Below, piece after piece: positions 1 through 8,638 of a stretch of 64,000 nt of DNA. The stretch comes from Micrococcales bacterium (GTDB lineage Bacteria > Actinomycetota > Actinomycetes > Actinomycetales > WQXJ01), in NCBI GenBank assembly GCA_009784895.1, contig WQXJ01000005.1, positions 3,495-67,494 of the forward strand, in the 5' to 3' direction. How positions within the stretch are numbered: position 1 is the first letter of the stretch; each line of letters opens with the position of its first letter. Made by a program: the position numbers and the translations under genes. The notes under the pieces are model-generated. The model made no database searches. It saw only the letters and a list, made by a program, of their open reading frames with translations, and was not told the origin of the DNA.

Positions 1-1205
1 AGTTGCGCATGGGTGGTTGAGGCCGGATGGATTACCAGTGAGCGGACATCGCCAATGTTGGCCACGTGAGAATGCAGGTGGAGGGCTTCGACAAAGGCCT
101 TGCCAACCTCGGCGCCGCCGTCCAGTTCGAAACTGAACACCGCGCCGGCACCCTTGGGACAGTATTTCTGGGCCAAATGGTGGTAGGGACTGGACGGCAG
201 GCCGGCGTAGTTGACGCCCAGCACGTCCGTCCGGGCTTCGAGCCACTGGGCCACGGCCAGGGCGTTGGCCACATGCCGCTCAATTCGCAGGGACAGGGTC
301 TCGATGCCCTGCGCTATCAGGAAGGCGTTGAACGGCGAGATGGCCGGACCCAAGTCACGCAGCAGCTGGGTCCGGGCTTTGAGGATGTAACTCAAATTGG
401 CGCCAAAGTCGCCGCCCGGGCCAAACTTCTGGCCAAAAACCAGCCCGTTGTAGGCCGGATCGGGTTCGGTGAAACCTGGGTATTTGCCTGCCCCAGCTGC
501 CGCGTAGTCGAAACGACCGGAGTCGACAATCACCCCGCCCAGCGCCGTGCCGTGCCCGCCCAAGAACTTGGTAGCCGAATGAACCACCACGTCAGCGCCC
601 CATTCAAACGGCCTGATCAAGTACGGCGTGGCGGTGGTGTTGTCAATGATCAACGGCAATTGATGATCATGGGCCACCGTTGCCACGGTCTCAATGTCGA
701 AGATGTCGGTCCTTGGATTGGGAATTGCCTCGCCAAAAAAGGCCTTCGTGTTTGGCTGCACGGCGGCGTGCCAAGCCGCCGGATCGGTTGGGTTGGCCAC
801 AAAGGTGGTGGTGATGCCGTAGCGGGGCAGGGTGTTGGCTAGCAGCGAGTAGGTGCCGCCGTAAAGCGAGGGGCTGGCCACAATGTGGTCGCCACTTCCG
901 GCCAGGTTCTGCAGAGCCATGGCAATAGCGCTAGCTCCAGAGGCCGTCAGCAGGGCGCCAACGCCGCCTTCCAGCGAGGCCACGCGCTGCTCCACCACCT
1001 CTTGGGTGGGATTGGTCAGCCTGGCATAGATGGGGCCCAGCTCATCCAAGGCGAACCGACTGGCCGCCTGGTGGGCCGAATCAAATACAAACGCGGTGGT
1101 TTGAAAGATCGGCAAGGCCCTAGAGCCGGTGGTTTGATCCGGCGCCTGGCCGGCGTGGATTTGGCGGGTTTCGAAAGACCATTGTTGGGCCTGAGACTGT
1201 GACAT
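1..1205 (-). CDS. metY: O-acetylhomoserine/O-acetylserine sulfhydrylase (PLP-dependent Cys/Met family); C-terminus lies beyond the window edge
   Basis: Not in the ORF track because it is open at the window edge. My reverse-strand translation from the ATG (complement of 1203-1205) reads MSQSQAQQWSFETRQIHAGQAPDQTTGSRALPIFQTTAFVFDSAHQAASRFALDELGPIYARLTNPT.... PLP-lysine motif HSATKFLGGHG lies at rc of ~560-600. SD AAGGAG (rc of 1215-1220) sits ~8 nt upstream. Confidence 0.85.
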   Translation of the reverse strand, partial: MSQSQAQQWSFETRQIHAGQAPDQTTGSRALPIFQTTAFVFDSAHQAASRFALDELGPIYARLTNPTQEVVEQRVASLEGGVGALLTASGASAIAMALQNLAGSGDHIVASPSLYGGTYSLLANTLPRYGITTTFVANPTDPAAWHAAVQPNTKAFFGEAIPNPRTDIFDIETVATVAHDHQLPLIIDNTTATPYLIRPFEWGADVVVHSATKFLGGHGTALGGVIVDSGRFDYAAAGAGKYPGFTEPDPAYNGLVFGQKFGPGGDFGANLSYILKARTQLLRDLGPAISPFNAFLIAQGIETLSLRIERHVANALAVAQWLEARTDVLGVNYAGLPSSPYHHLAQKYCPKGAGAVFSFELDGGAEVGKAFVEALHLHSHVANIGDVRSLVIHPASTTHAQ

Positions 1206-1220
1206 TGTGCTGGCTCCTTG

Positions 1221-1260
1221 GGGGTGCGCTTGAAGGCTTATTTGACTGGGCGCACGCCCC
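1221..1260 (-). promoter_or_regulatory. Stem-loop in the metY 5' leader, directly abutting the Shine-Dalgarno sequence
   Basis: On the minus-strand RNA, GGGGcGUGCGC...(20-nt loop)...GCGCACCCCC is followed immediately by AAGGAG. The stem is ~10 bp with one bulge. Function unknown. Confidence 0.25.
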
Positions 1261-1709
1261 TCGGTGGCTGGTTAGTCTTGGCCACGCGGCAGCAAAGCTA
1301 CAGAGGTTTTGGAGAAAACGGGCAGTCGAGAACGCGCGCTATGGGGTTAGCGGCACATTCGACGGCTCAACATGGACCCAACCCTAGACCATGCCTGGCC
1401 GGGAGACGCCAGGACGTCCGCATGTCGAGACAGTTTTGTGTCCGATGCCGGCCCTCGCCCTGGCGTTGACCTAGCCTTGGCAATAGGAGAGGTAAAGTTG
1501 TGGCACACCTGGCCACGAGCCAGCCAGGAACCCGGTGATAGCCAGGTTCCGGTCGCGTTGGCCTCGGTCGGCAGACCGCTGACCTAAGGAGACGCGGCAG
1601 ACAAGCACAGTTTGGTGGTGGTGAGCTGGTTTCGATAGCCAGTTCACTCAAGTAACGGGCCAGCCGGCCCGTGATCATAGTGACCAAGGCCAGCCCAAGG
1701 GAGGCGACA

Positions 1710-2183
1710 ATGACAACTTTGTCAGTTGGCGACGCGGCGCCAGATTTCGATCTTGCAACTAGCGAAGGCCCCAATCTGTCACTGGCGGACTTTACCGGTC
1801 GCCGGTTTGTTCTCTATTCCTATCCCAAGGCCGGCACTCCAGGCTGCGCCATGCAGGCAAACGATTTCCGTGATGCCAGTGACGCCTTCGAAGCAGCGGG
1901 CTACGCCATCATCGGGATTTCGCCAGATCAACCCGCGGCCCTGGGCCGGTTCGCCGAAGACCTCAACCTCGATTTCACTTTGCTGTCTGACCCTGACCAC
2001 GCCGTGCTCGAGGCCTACGGCGCCTGGGGCGAACACGAGTTGTTTGGCCGCAAGGTGATTTCGACCATTCGGTCCTTCTTCGTAGTCGAGGCCGATTCAA
2101 AGCTGGCTTTGGTCGAATACTCGGTCAAGGCCCCCGGTTCGGTCGCCCGCTTAGCCGAGAAGCTAGGGGTCGCCTGGCCCTGA
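1710..2183 (+). CDS. bcp: Thiol peroxidase / peroxiredoxin Bcp
   Basis: Sequence MTTLSVGDAAPDFDLATSEG...FVLYSYPKAGTPGCAMQANDFRD carries the peroxidatic Cys in a TPGC context. The ATG at 1710 is preceded by AAGGGAGG. The track ORF starts earlier, at 1671. Confidence 0.85.
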   Translation: MTTLSVGDAAPDFDLATSEGPNLSLADFTGRRFVLYSYPKAGTPGCAMQANDFRDASDAFEAAGYAIIGISPDQPAALGRFAEDLNLDFTLLSDPDHAVLEAYGAWGEHELFGRKVISTIRSFFVVEADSKLALVEYSVKAPGSVARLAEKLGVAWP

Positions 2184-2357
2184 GGTCGAGCCTACCCATA
2201 GGCCGACCCCTGATCAGCTCTCTTGCAGCGAGGTCGAGCCCTCGCATAACCCTCTTGTCGCGAGGTCGAGCTTTGGCATAACCCTCTTGTCGTGAGGTTG
2301 AGCTTTGGCATAACCCTTTTGTCGCGAAGTCGAGCATCGGCACAACTTGCCATGTGG
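2179..2357. repeat. Head-to-tail array of a 32-bp non-coding repeat (about 5 units)
   Basis: Units GCGAGGTCGAGCCCTCGCATAACCCTCTTGTC (2228-2259), GCGAGGTCGAGCTTTGGCATAACCCTCTTGTC (2260-2291) and GTGAGGTTGAGCTTTGGCATAACCCTTTTGTC (2292-2323). Degenerate units flank them at 2182-2227 and 2324-2355. The first unit overlaps the bcp TGA stop. Confidence 0.9.
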
Positions 2358-2425
2358 CCAGGTGCGCACAACCTCTCCAATGGTTGATGGTGTCGCCGAA
2401 TTGGGCGTTAACGATGTTGTTAGTG

Positions 2426-2453
2426 TTGAATTTGTGGGACATGGGTTTATTGT
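2426..2453 (+). promoter_or_regulatory. Candidate sigma-A type promoter for the NlpC/P60 gene
   Basis: TTGAAT (2426-2431), 16-nt spacer, TATTGT (2448-2453), inside a locally AT-rich patch. RBS AAGGAG at 2499-2504 precedes the ATG at 2509. Confidence 0.3.
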
Positions 2454-2508
2454 TAACGGGTTCGTTCGATCTGGGCAGCCATTTTTGGGCTGACAGGCAA
2501 GGAGATCT

Positions 2509-3828
2509 ATGCGTCGCCTAACCTCGCGAGGTACCCGTTTGGGCCTTGCGCTTGGCCTGGGGCTAAGCCTGACGGCGGTGGGCCTGCCGGCGTTGGCTGA
2601 CCCAAATGACTCAGATCCAGCTGTGGTTGAGGCACGTCGCCAAGAACAACTGGCCGCCGCCTCCGTGGCCCAGATCGAGGCAATGCTGGACTCCCTCAGG
2701 GAAGACACAGCCCTGAAACAAGCTGCTGCCGGCCTCGCAGCTGAGGCCTACAACAAGGCCAAAGAGGACCTCGAACTGGCGACCGAGGCCGCCGAAAAGG
2801 CCAAGACCGACTCTGAAGAGGCCCAAGAGGCTTTAGCTCAGGCGCGCGGCGCCCTGGCGCGAGTGGCTGTGGCGTCGAGTCAATCCCAGGCCGGGCTGGG
2901 TCCAATGGAGCCGTTCTTGGCCAAGGACGGTTTCGTTGAGGCAATTGACCGCAGCGCCATGCTGTCTCTGGTAGGCACCCAGGCTGGCCGGGCCAAATCC
3001 CGCCTGGAGGTGGCTGAGCAAAGCGCCTCGTCCGCTGCCCTCAGGGCCGAGCAGGCCGAGGAGCTGCGGGCCGAAAAGGCCAAGGAAGAAAGCAAAAAGG
3101 CCGCGGTTGCCCATCAGGCGGCGCTAGACGCCGCCGAGGCCCTGACCGCAGCTGAAGTGGAGCACACCCGTCTAATCGAGGTCTTGGCTGAGAAGAAGAA
3201 CTCGACTGTCCAGGCCGAACGGAAAGCCGAACAGCGACGCATTGAAGAGGCCAACAGACGAGCTCAAGAGGCACGCGAACGTGAAGAACGGGCCGCGCTT
3301 AGACCGCCACCTTCGCCGCCCGGTGGTGGTGGCGGTGGCTCCGGTGGCGGTGGTGGCTCCGGCGGTGGTGGTGGCTCCGGTGGTGGCGGCGGCTCCGGCG
3401 GTGGTGGTGGCTCCGGTGGTGGCGGCGGCGGCGGTGGCTCCGGCGGCGGTGGCGGTGGCTCTGGGGTGGCCTCAGATGCGGCTGCAGCTGCGGCGGTGGC
3501 CTGGGCGCGCCAACAAATCGGCAAACCCTATGGCTGGGGCGGCACCGGCCCATACAGCTTTGACTGCTCGGGACTGGCCATGATGGCCTGGCGCAACGGC
3601 GGCGGCAAATCGATTCCCAGGGTGGCAGCCGACCAGTACTACGCCGCTACCAAAGTGTCATACAGCGCCATGCGGCCGGGGGACCTGATCTTCTGGGGTA
3701 GCCCAATCCACCATGTGGCGATCTACTCCGGCGGCGGCAACATGATTGAGGCGCCCAGTTCCGGACAGCTAGTGCGCGAAATACCGATCCGCTGGGCCGG
3801 TACTGTCACCTGGGCAGGCCGCTACTAA
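2509..3828 (+). CDS. Secreted NlpC/P60 peptidoglycan endopeptidase with N-terminal coiled-coil (RipA-like)
   Basis: Signal peptide MRRLTSRGTRLGLALGLGLSLTAVGLPALA. Long Ala/Glu/Lys-rich helical region. C-terminal NlpC/P60 domain GKPYGWGGTGPYSFDCSGLAMMAW...HHVAIYSGGGNMIEAP supplies the catalytic Cys and His. Confidence 0.85.
   Translation: MRRLTSRGTRLGLALGLGLSLTAVGLPALADPNDSDPAVVEARRQEQLAAASVAQIEAMLDSLREDTALKQAAAGLAAEAYNKAKEDLELATEAAEKAKTDSEEAQEALAQARGALARVAVASSQSQAGLGPMEPFLAKDGFVEAIDRSAMLSLVGTQAGRAKSRLEVAEQSASSAALRAEQAEELRAEKAKEESKKAAVAHQAALDAAEALTAAEVEHTRLIEVLAEKKNSTVQAERKAEQRRIEEANRRAQEAREREERAALRPPPSPPGGGGGGSGGGGGSGGGGGSGGGGGSGGGGGSGGGGGGGGSGGGGGGSGVASDAAAAAAVAWARQQIGKPYGWGGTGPYSFDCSGLAMMAWRNGGGKSIPRVAADQYYAATKVSYSAMRPGDLIFWGSPIHHVAIYSGGGNMIEAPSSGQLVREIPIRWAGTVTWAGRY
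3322..3465 (+). repeat. Coding tandem repeat (18-bp core) encoding a 48-residue Gly/Ser tract, essentially (G5S)n
   Basis: The codon run ggt/ggc x5 then tcc repeats. The protein reads GGGGGGSGGGGGSGGGGGSGGGGGSGGGGGSGGGGGGGGSGGGGGGSG between the coiled-coil and the NlpC/P60 domain. Confidence 0.95.
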
Positions 3829-3883
3829 CCGGCCTTGAGCCCAAAACCCCAGCCGCAGGTGATACCCGCGGTCAGACAACTGG

Positions 3884-4459
3884 TCAGTGAGCGGTGCCAG
3901 CTGCCTCTGCGGCCTTGAGGCGCTCGTAGGAACGATGAACCTCGGCCTCGGCGCCGGCCCGGTCGGTCCAGTGAGAACCCTCAACGGACTTACCCGGTTC
4001 AAGGTCCTTGTAGATCTCAAAGAAGTGCTGGACTTCAAGGCGGTGGAACTCGCTGATGTCATCGATGTCCTGCCGCCATGAGGCGCGTGTATCGCCGGCT
4101 GGCACACAAACAAGTTTGTCGTCGCCGCCGGCCTCGTCGCGCATGCGGAACATACCAAGGGTCCGGCAACGGATCAGACAGCCAGGGAAGGTCGGTTCAT
4201 CTAGCAGCACCAAAGCGTCGAGCGGGTCGCCGTCCTCGCCCAAGGTGCCGTCGATGTAGCCGTAGTCGTCCGGATAACGAGTGGCGGTGAAGAGCATCCG
4301 GTCGAGGCGAATGCGACCGCTGACGTGGTCAATCTCATACTTATTGCGGGAACCCTTGGGGATTTCGATGGTGACATCAAACTCAAGCGGTTGACCGGCG
4401 GGGGTCTCACCGCGCACGGTCTTAAGTAGTGGGGTGTACGTTTTTTTTGGCGCTGCCAT
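3884..4459 (-). CDS. ppa: Inorganic pyrophosphatase (family I)
   Basis: [19 protein letters not shown]...[25 protein letters not shown] is the typical family I PPase core. Confidence 0.9.
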   Translation of the reverse strand: MAAPKKTYTPLLKTVRGETPAGQPLEFDVTIEIPKGSRNKYEIDHVSGRIRLDRMLFTATRYPDDYGYIDGTLGEDGDPLDALVLLDEPTFPGCLIRCRTLGMFRMRDEAGGDDKLVCVPAGDTRASWRQDIDDISEFHRLEVQHFFEIYKDLEPGKSVEGSHWTDRAGAEAEVHRSYERLKAAEAAGTAH

Positions 4460-4545
4460 CTTGCGTCTCCCTGGCTTGGGTGAGTGTGTGTATCCAACAC
4501 TAGTCCGGACCGGGCCATCCGCCTCAGGAAATACCTGTCAAGCTA

Positions 4546-5952
4546 GTGATTGTGAAGGTCCGCCGAATCATCCAGGTCGGGGTGGTCGTGGCCGCGCTCA
4601 CCCTGTTCGGCTGGTTGCAGACGGACGCCACTTCGGCCGCCTCACCAGGACCAATGCTCTATCAGCCGGAACCGGTTGCCCAGCCGCTGGACTTAGAGGC
4701 GCCCATTGCGACCACTGACCAGGTCCAAGGGCTGGCCTCGAGTCTGTTGACACCGGAGCGGACCGGCGCCGCGTTGGGCCTGGCGGTGTTCGATCTGGTC
4801 ACTGGCGAGGCCATCTACCAGGTCGATGCCAACCAGGGCCACATACCGGCATCGACCATGAAAATCCTGACCGCCACGGCCGCTCTCGACACCTTTGGTT
4901 CTCAGGCCACGCTGGCGACCGAAGTGCTACTTTCGGTCGTCGATCAAGGGCAGGCCACGGTCTACCTTAGAGCCGGCGGTGATGTCACCCTGAGCCCGGA
5001 TCAAGGCCAGGTGGGGGAGATCATGGGCCGGGCCGGCTTGGCCGAACTGGCCACCGAAGCCGCCGTCAATCTCAGATCGCGCGGTGCAGGCGAAGTCGCG
5101 GTCATACTCGACGACACGATTTTCACTGGACCGACCACTTTACCTGACTGGGGTTGGTGGCCCGGGGCCCCCTGGGCCGGCCCCATTACGGCAATGGCCA
5201 TCAACGGCGGCCACGACGGCGCCGGGTTTGATGACACCAGCTACTCGATCGATTCGGCCTTGGCCGCCGCCCAGCAATTCGCCGCCCTGCTAGGTCAAGC
5301 CGGCCAAGACGACCAATTGGCCTTGCCCACCTTCGAGGTCGCTGGGCCAGTCACACGGGGCCAGACCTCCGGCGGCGCCCAAGTCATCGCCAGGGTCGAA
5401 TCAGCTCCAATTGGCCAGCTGGTGGCCTACATGCTGGAGCATTCCGACAACGTCTTAGCCGAGGCCCTGGGCCGTGTCACGGCCGTTGAGCTGGGTTTGC
5501 CCGGTTCGTTCGAAGGCGCCGGGCAGGCCATTGTCCAGGTGGTTGGCGAACTTGGCCTGCCAACCACCGCGCTGGTGGTGATGGACGCCTCCGGGCTGTC
5601 GCCGGGCTCGCGCGTACCACCGGCCACCTTGGCTGAACTGCTGGCCGCGGTGGCCAAACCGGCTGACCTTGAAGGGTCAGCTGAACTAATCGGCGTCTTG
5701 AGAGGACTGGCCGTGGCCGGCCTAGAGGGCACCCTGGCCGGACGGCTGACAGAGGCCCCGGGGGCTGGCAACGTCAGAGCCAAAACCGGCACCCTCACAG
5801 GTGTGGCCGCACTAGCCGGAATTGTCCAGACCGCCCAGGGTCGCGAATTGGCTTTCGTGCTGATGGCCGACCAAACCTCCCAAGTCCCTTATGGTCTGGT
5901 GCGCGACTCAATTGACCAATTCACCTCTGGTTTGGCGGCCCTGGGGGGATAG
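4546..5952 (+). CDS. dacB: D-alanyl-D-alanine carboxypeptidase/endopeptidase (PBP4, peptidase S13)
   Basis: SxxK motif PASTMKILTA, SxN motif EHSDNVLAE, KTG motif RAKTGTLTG, and an N-terminal TM/signal segment. Confidence 0.85.
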   Translation: MIVKVRRIIQVGVVVAALTLFGWLQTDATSAASPGPMLYQPEPVAQPLDLEAPIATTDQVQGLASSLLTPERTGAALGLAVFDLVTGEAIYQVDANQGHIPASTMKILTATAALDTFGSQATLATEVLLSVVDQGQATVYLRAGGDVTLSPDQGQVGEIMGRAGLAELATEAAVNLRSRGAGEVAVILDDTIFTGPTTLPDWGWWPGAPWAGPITAMAINGGHDGAGFDDTSYSIDSALAAAQQFAALLGQAGQDDQLALPTFEVAGPVTRGQTSGGAQVIARVESAPIGQLVAYMLEHSDNVLAEALGRVTAVELGLPGSFEGAGQAIVQVVGELGLPTTALVVMDASGLSPGSRVPPATLAELLAAVAKPADLEGSAELIGVLRGLAVAGLEGTLAGRLTEAPGAGNVRAKTGTLTGVAALAGIVQTAQGRELAFVLMADQTSQVPYGLVRDSIDQFTSGLAALGG

Positions 5953-6029
5953 CGGCCCTTTGGCCCGCCCTGGTCGCACTTGCCCCCTCACCTTGGCCGG
6001 GACGATGGCCGAGCGTTAGGGTTGAAAGC

Positions 6030-7070
6030 GTGGATTTGGCCATCAATTATGCAGTCGCGGTCGCCCTCGGTACCCGTTTGGTCAGGCCCGGACCGGCCAT
6101 AGCCCAAGATGAAGCCGCCCACTTGGTGGCAGACCTACACCGGGCCTCGGCCGCCGCACTTGGTTCGGTCGCGGAAATCACCGGCCTGGATCAGGCTTGC
6201 GAAGCCGCCGCCAATGTGCCGGTAATGGTGATTGACCGGCGCGGTTTTGTCCGGGCCAACGTTCAGTTGGCCGAATCAGTGGTCAATGTCGCCCTAGCCG
6301 ACCAGGAGCTGTCCTGGCTGGCCAAATACGGCGCCGGTGTCCAGCTGGGCAGCGCTTTGGCCCTACTTTCTGCCCGGGTCTTGGGCCAGTACGACCCATT
6401 CCATCAGGGCCCCAACGGTGCCAAAGGCAGGGTCCTATTGGTTGCCCCTAACGTTTATCGTTTCGAGTGTTTGGTTCGAGCCAACCCGCGCGATTTCCAC
6501 CTTTGGATTTCCTTGCACGAGCTGACCCACGCCGCCCAGATCGCTGCCGCGCCCTGGCTACCGGACTGGATTAGCGACCGCCTGGCCGAGCTTGTCGCCA
6601 TCGACGACCAGCCGGGCGCGATCAAACGCCTGACCCGGGCGGCGCGTCAGCTACCGGACCTATTCGCTGACAAAACTGATGTGCCACCAAAGATGGTTGG
6701 CCTACTCAGCCCGGCCCAGGCCTACATTTTCCAAGAGGTCACAGCCGTTATGTCGCTACTTGAGGGCCATGCTGATGTCATCATGGACTCGGTTGGGCCC
6801 AAAGTGGTGCGATCGGTAGACCAGATGCGACACCGCTTTGATGCCAGGCGCGTGGCCGGCGGCCGCCTCGACCGGGCCGCCCGGCGCCTGATTGGCATTG
6901 AAGCCAAAACCGCCCAATACGTCCAAGGCGCCGACTTTGTTCGCGGCGTCTTGTCAGAGGTTGGCCACGAGGGTTTGAATCTGGTTTGGTCCGGTCCGGA
7001 CGCCATGCCAACCACCACCGAATTAGATGATCCGGCTGCTTGGTGCCAAAGGGTGGCCAAAGCCACATGA
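6030..7070 (+). CDS. Zinc-dependent metalloprotease (DUF2342-type, Rv3626c-like)
   Basis: HExxH motif in LHELTHAAQ. It occupies the conserved actinobacterial position between dacB and tilS. Confidence 0.75.
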   Translation: MDLAINYAVAVALGTRLVRPGPAIAQDEAAHLVADLHRASAAALGSVAEITGLDQACEAAANVPVMVIDRRGFVRANVQLAESVVNVALADQELSWLAKYGAGVQLGSALALLSARVLGQYDPFHQGPNGAKGRVLLVAPNVYRFECLVRANPRDFHLWISLHELTHAAQIAAAPWLPDWISDRLAELVAIDDQPGAIKRLTRAARQLPDLFADKTDVPPKMVGLLSPAQAYIFQEVTAVMSLLEGHADVIMDSVGPKVVRSVDQMRHRFDARRVAGGRLDRAARRLIGIEAKTAQYVQGADFVRGVLSEVGHEGLNLVWSGPDAMPTTTELDDPAAWCQRVAKAT

Positions 7071-8089
7071 CCGGACCCGATCCGGCGGTGGCGGCCATCC
7101 GCCTGGCGGTGCGACAATCGCTCGCCGGCCTGCCGGTTGGCAGCACCGTGCTAGTGGCCTGTTCGGGTGGCACCGATTCGTTGGCCTTGGCCGCCGCCAC
7201 CGGCTTTGTTGCCCCCCGCCTTGAGCTCAAAGCTGGCGCCGTGGTGGTTGACCATGGCTTGCAGGCCAAGTCCGATGACGTCGCCAACCAGGCCGCACAG
7301 GCTTGCCGGGCCATCGGTTTGGCTCCGGTGGAGGTGGTCAAGGTTCAACTCAAGGGCCCAGCCAATGTTGAGGCGGAAGCCCGTGACCAGCGGTATCAGG
7401 CCTTAGAGGCGACGGCCGCGGCCCACCAGGCGGCTGCGGTGCTATTGGGCCACAGCCTCGACGACCAGGCTGAAACAGTCCTACTAGCCCTGGGCCGTGG
7501 ATCGGGCCTAACTGCCCTGGCCGGCATGCCCGCCGCCAGGGGCCCTTTCATCCGGCCGCTGCTTGGCATCACCCGCCAACAGACCGAACGGGCCTGCCGG
7601 GCGCTAGATCTCCAGCCTTGGCAAGACCCGATGAACCAGCTGGGCGGGCCGGGCTATTCGGCCAGAGTCCTGCTGCGCCAGCACATCCTGCCCCAGCTCG
7701 AAGACGCCCTTGGTGGCGGCGTGGCGGCCGCCTTGGCTCGTACGGCCGGCCAGGTGCGCCAGGATCTTGACTATCTTGACTCTGCCGCGGCCCAGCTCCT
7801 AACCCGGGTGACCAGCGGCGGGCAAGTTGACGCCAAAGTGCTGTCGCAGGCCAAGCCAGCTTTACGGCATCGGGCGATCAAACAAATGGCGCTCGAATGG
7901 GGCGCCGACCCAGCCGCCCTCAGTGCCGCCCACGTCAAGGCCCTCGACGCCTTGACCACGGCCTGGCACGGCCAGGGGGCGGTAGCACTGCCCGGAGGCG
8001 TCAAGGTTGGCCGCGAGTGTGGCAAGCTTGTGGTCTTGGAAACGGCGGTGGCCCAAGCGGTGAAGGAGATTCCAAGTGGATCGCGGTGA
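7067..8089 (+). CDS. tilS: tRNA(Ile)-lysidine synthase
   Basis: PP-loop VACSGGTDSLALA. The ATG at 7067 overlaps the upstream stop (ATGA). The track ORF begins at 7040. Confidence 0.85.
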   Translation: MTGPDPAVAAIRLAVRQSLAGLPVGSTVLVACSGGTDSLALAAATGFVAPRLELKAGAVVVDHGLQAKSDDVANQAAQACRAIGLAPVEVVKVQLKGPANVEAEARDQRYQALEATAAAHQAAAVLLGHSLDDQAETVLLALGRGSGLTALAGMPAARGPFIRPLLGITRQQTERACRALDLQPWQDPMNQLGGPGYSARVLLRQHILPQLEDALGGGVAAALARTAGQVRQDLDYLDSAAAQLLTRVTSGGQVDAKVLSQAKPALRHRAIKQMALEWGADPAALSAAHVKALDALTTAWHGQGAVALPGGVKVGRECGKLVVLETAVAQAVKEIPSGSR

Positions 8090-8090
8090 C

Positions 8091-8630
8091 ATGGGTAACA
8101 AACTGGCCAAGATCCTGCTAAGTGAGACGGAGATCGCCGCCCGGCTAGATGACCTGGCCAAGCAAATCGACACCGATTACGCCGGGCGTGAGGTTCTGCT
8201 GGTGGGGGTGCTCAAAGGGGCGGTCATGGTGATGGCCGATTTGTCTCGCCGGCTTCACACCGAGGTGACCATGGACTGGATGGCGGTGTCCTCGTATGGC
8301 TCTGGCACCAAGAGTTCCGGTGTGGTCCGCATCTTGAAGGATTTGGACGCCGACGTGCATGGACGTCATGTGTTGGTGGTTGAGGACATTGTCGATTCGG
8401 GGTTGACGCTGTCTTGGTTGACGGCCAATCTGCGTTCGCGCGGCGCGGCCACAGTCGAGGTGGCGGCTTTGCTGCGCAAACCGGCGGCGGCCCAGATCAA
8501 CCTGCAAATCAAGTACGTCGGGTTCGACATCCCGGACGAATTCGTGGTGGGATACGGCCTGGACTACGCCGAAATGTTCCGGAATCTGGGGTTCGTAGGG
8601 ACCCTGGCCAATCACGTCTACGAAAACTGA
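8091..8630 (+). CDS. hpt: Hypoxanthine phosphoribosyltransferase
   Basis: PRPP-binding motif VLVVEDIVDSGLTLSWL. An alternative GTG start at 8076 is possible. Confidence 0.9.
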   Translation: MGNKLAKILLSETEIAARLDDLAKQIDTDYAGREVLLVGVLKGAVMVMADLSRRLHTEVTMDWMAVSSYGSGTKSSGVVRILKDLDADVHGRHVLVVEDIVDSGLTLSWLTANLRSRGAATVEVAALLRKPAAAQINLQIKYVGFDIPDEFVVGYGLDYAEMFRNLGFVGTLANHVYEN

Positions 8631-8638
8631 GCGACTGA

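Noticed and set aside
66-842. 258-aa plus-strand ORF at the left edge of the window
   Set aside because: It lies antisense to the clearly recognisable metY coding frame (HSATKFLGGHG and other motifs on the minus strand). Its Gly/Arg/Val-rich composition is typical of high-GC shadow ORFs.
2179-2357. CRISPR array interpretation of the 32-bp repeats
   Set aside because: The units abut directly with no spacers, no cas genes are present in the window, and related units occur singly elsewhere.
2125-2442. Minus-strand ORF beginning MSHKFNTNNIVNAQFGDTINHW..., briefly considered as a small peptide or RiPP precursor
   Set aside because: There is no SD upstream of the ATG. The ORF immediately reads through the 32-bp non-coding repeat array, producing frame-shifting repeat peptides, and into the bcp 3' end. 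It is most simply an accident of the AT-rich promoter patch.
2358-2508. Cyclic-di-AMP (ydaO-type) riboswitch upstream of the NlpC/P60 hydrolase, as occurs upstream of some actinobacterial wall hydrolase and rpf genes
   Set aside because: I could not find the conserved ydaO sequence blocks (GGGGACCCA, GGGGUGAAUC and CAGCUAACCUCGUA types), and the leader after the candidate promoter is only about 50 nt. A cmscan would settle it.
3264-3524. Minus-strand ORF encoding (PPPPPE)n
   Set aside because: It is the reverse complement of the GGY-GGY...TCC Gly-Ser codon repeat within the NlpC/P60 gene, so it is an automatic by-product.
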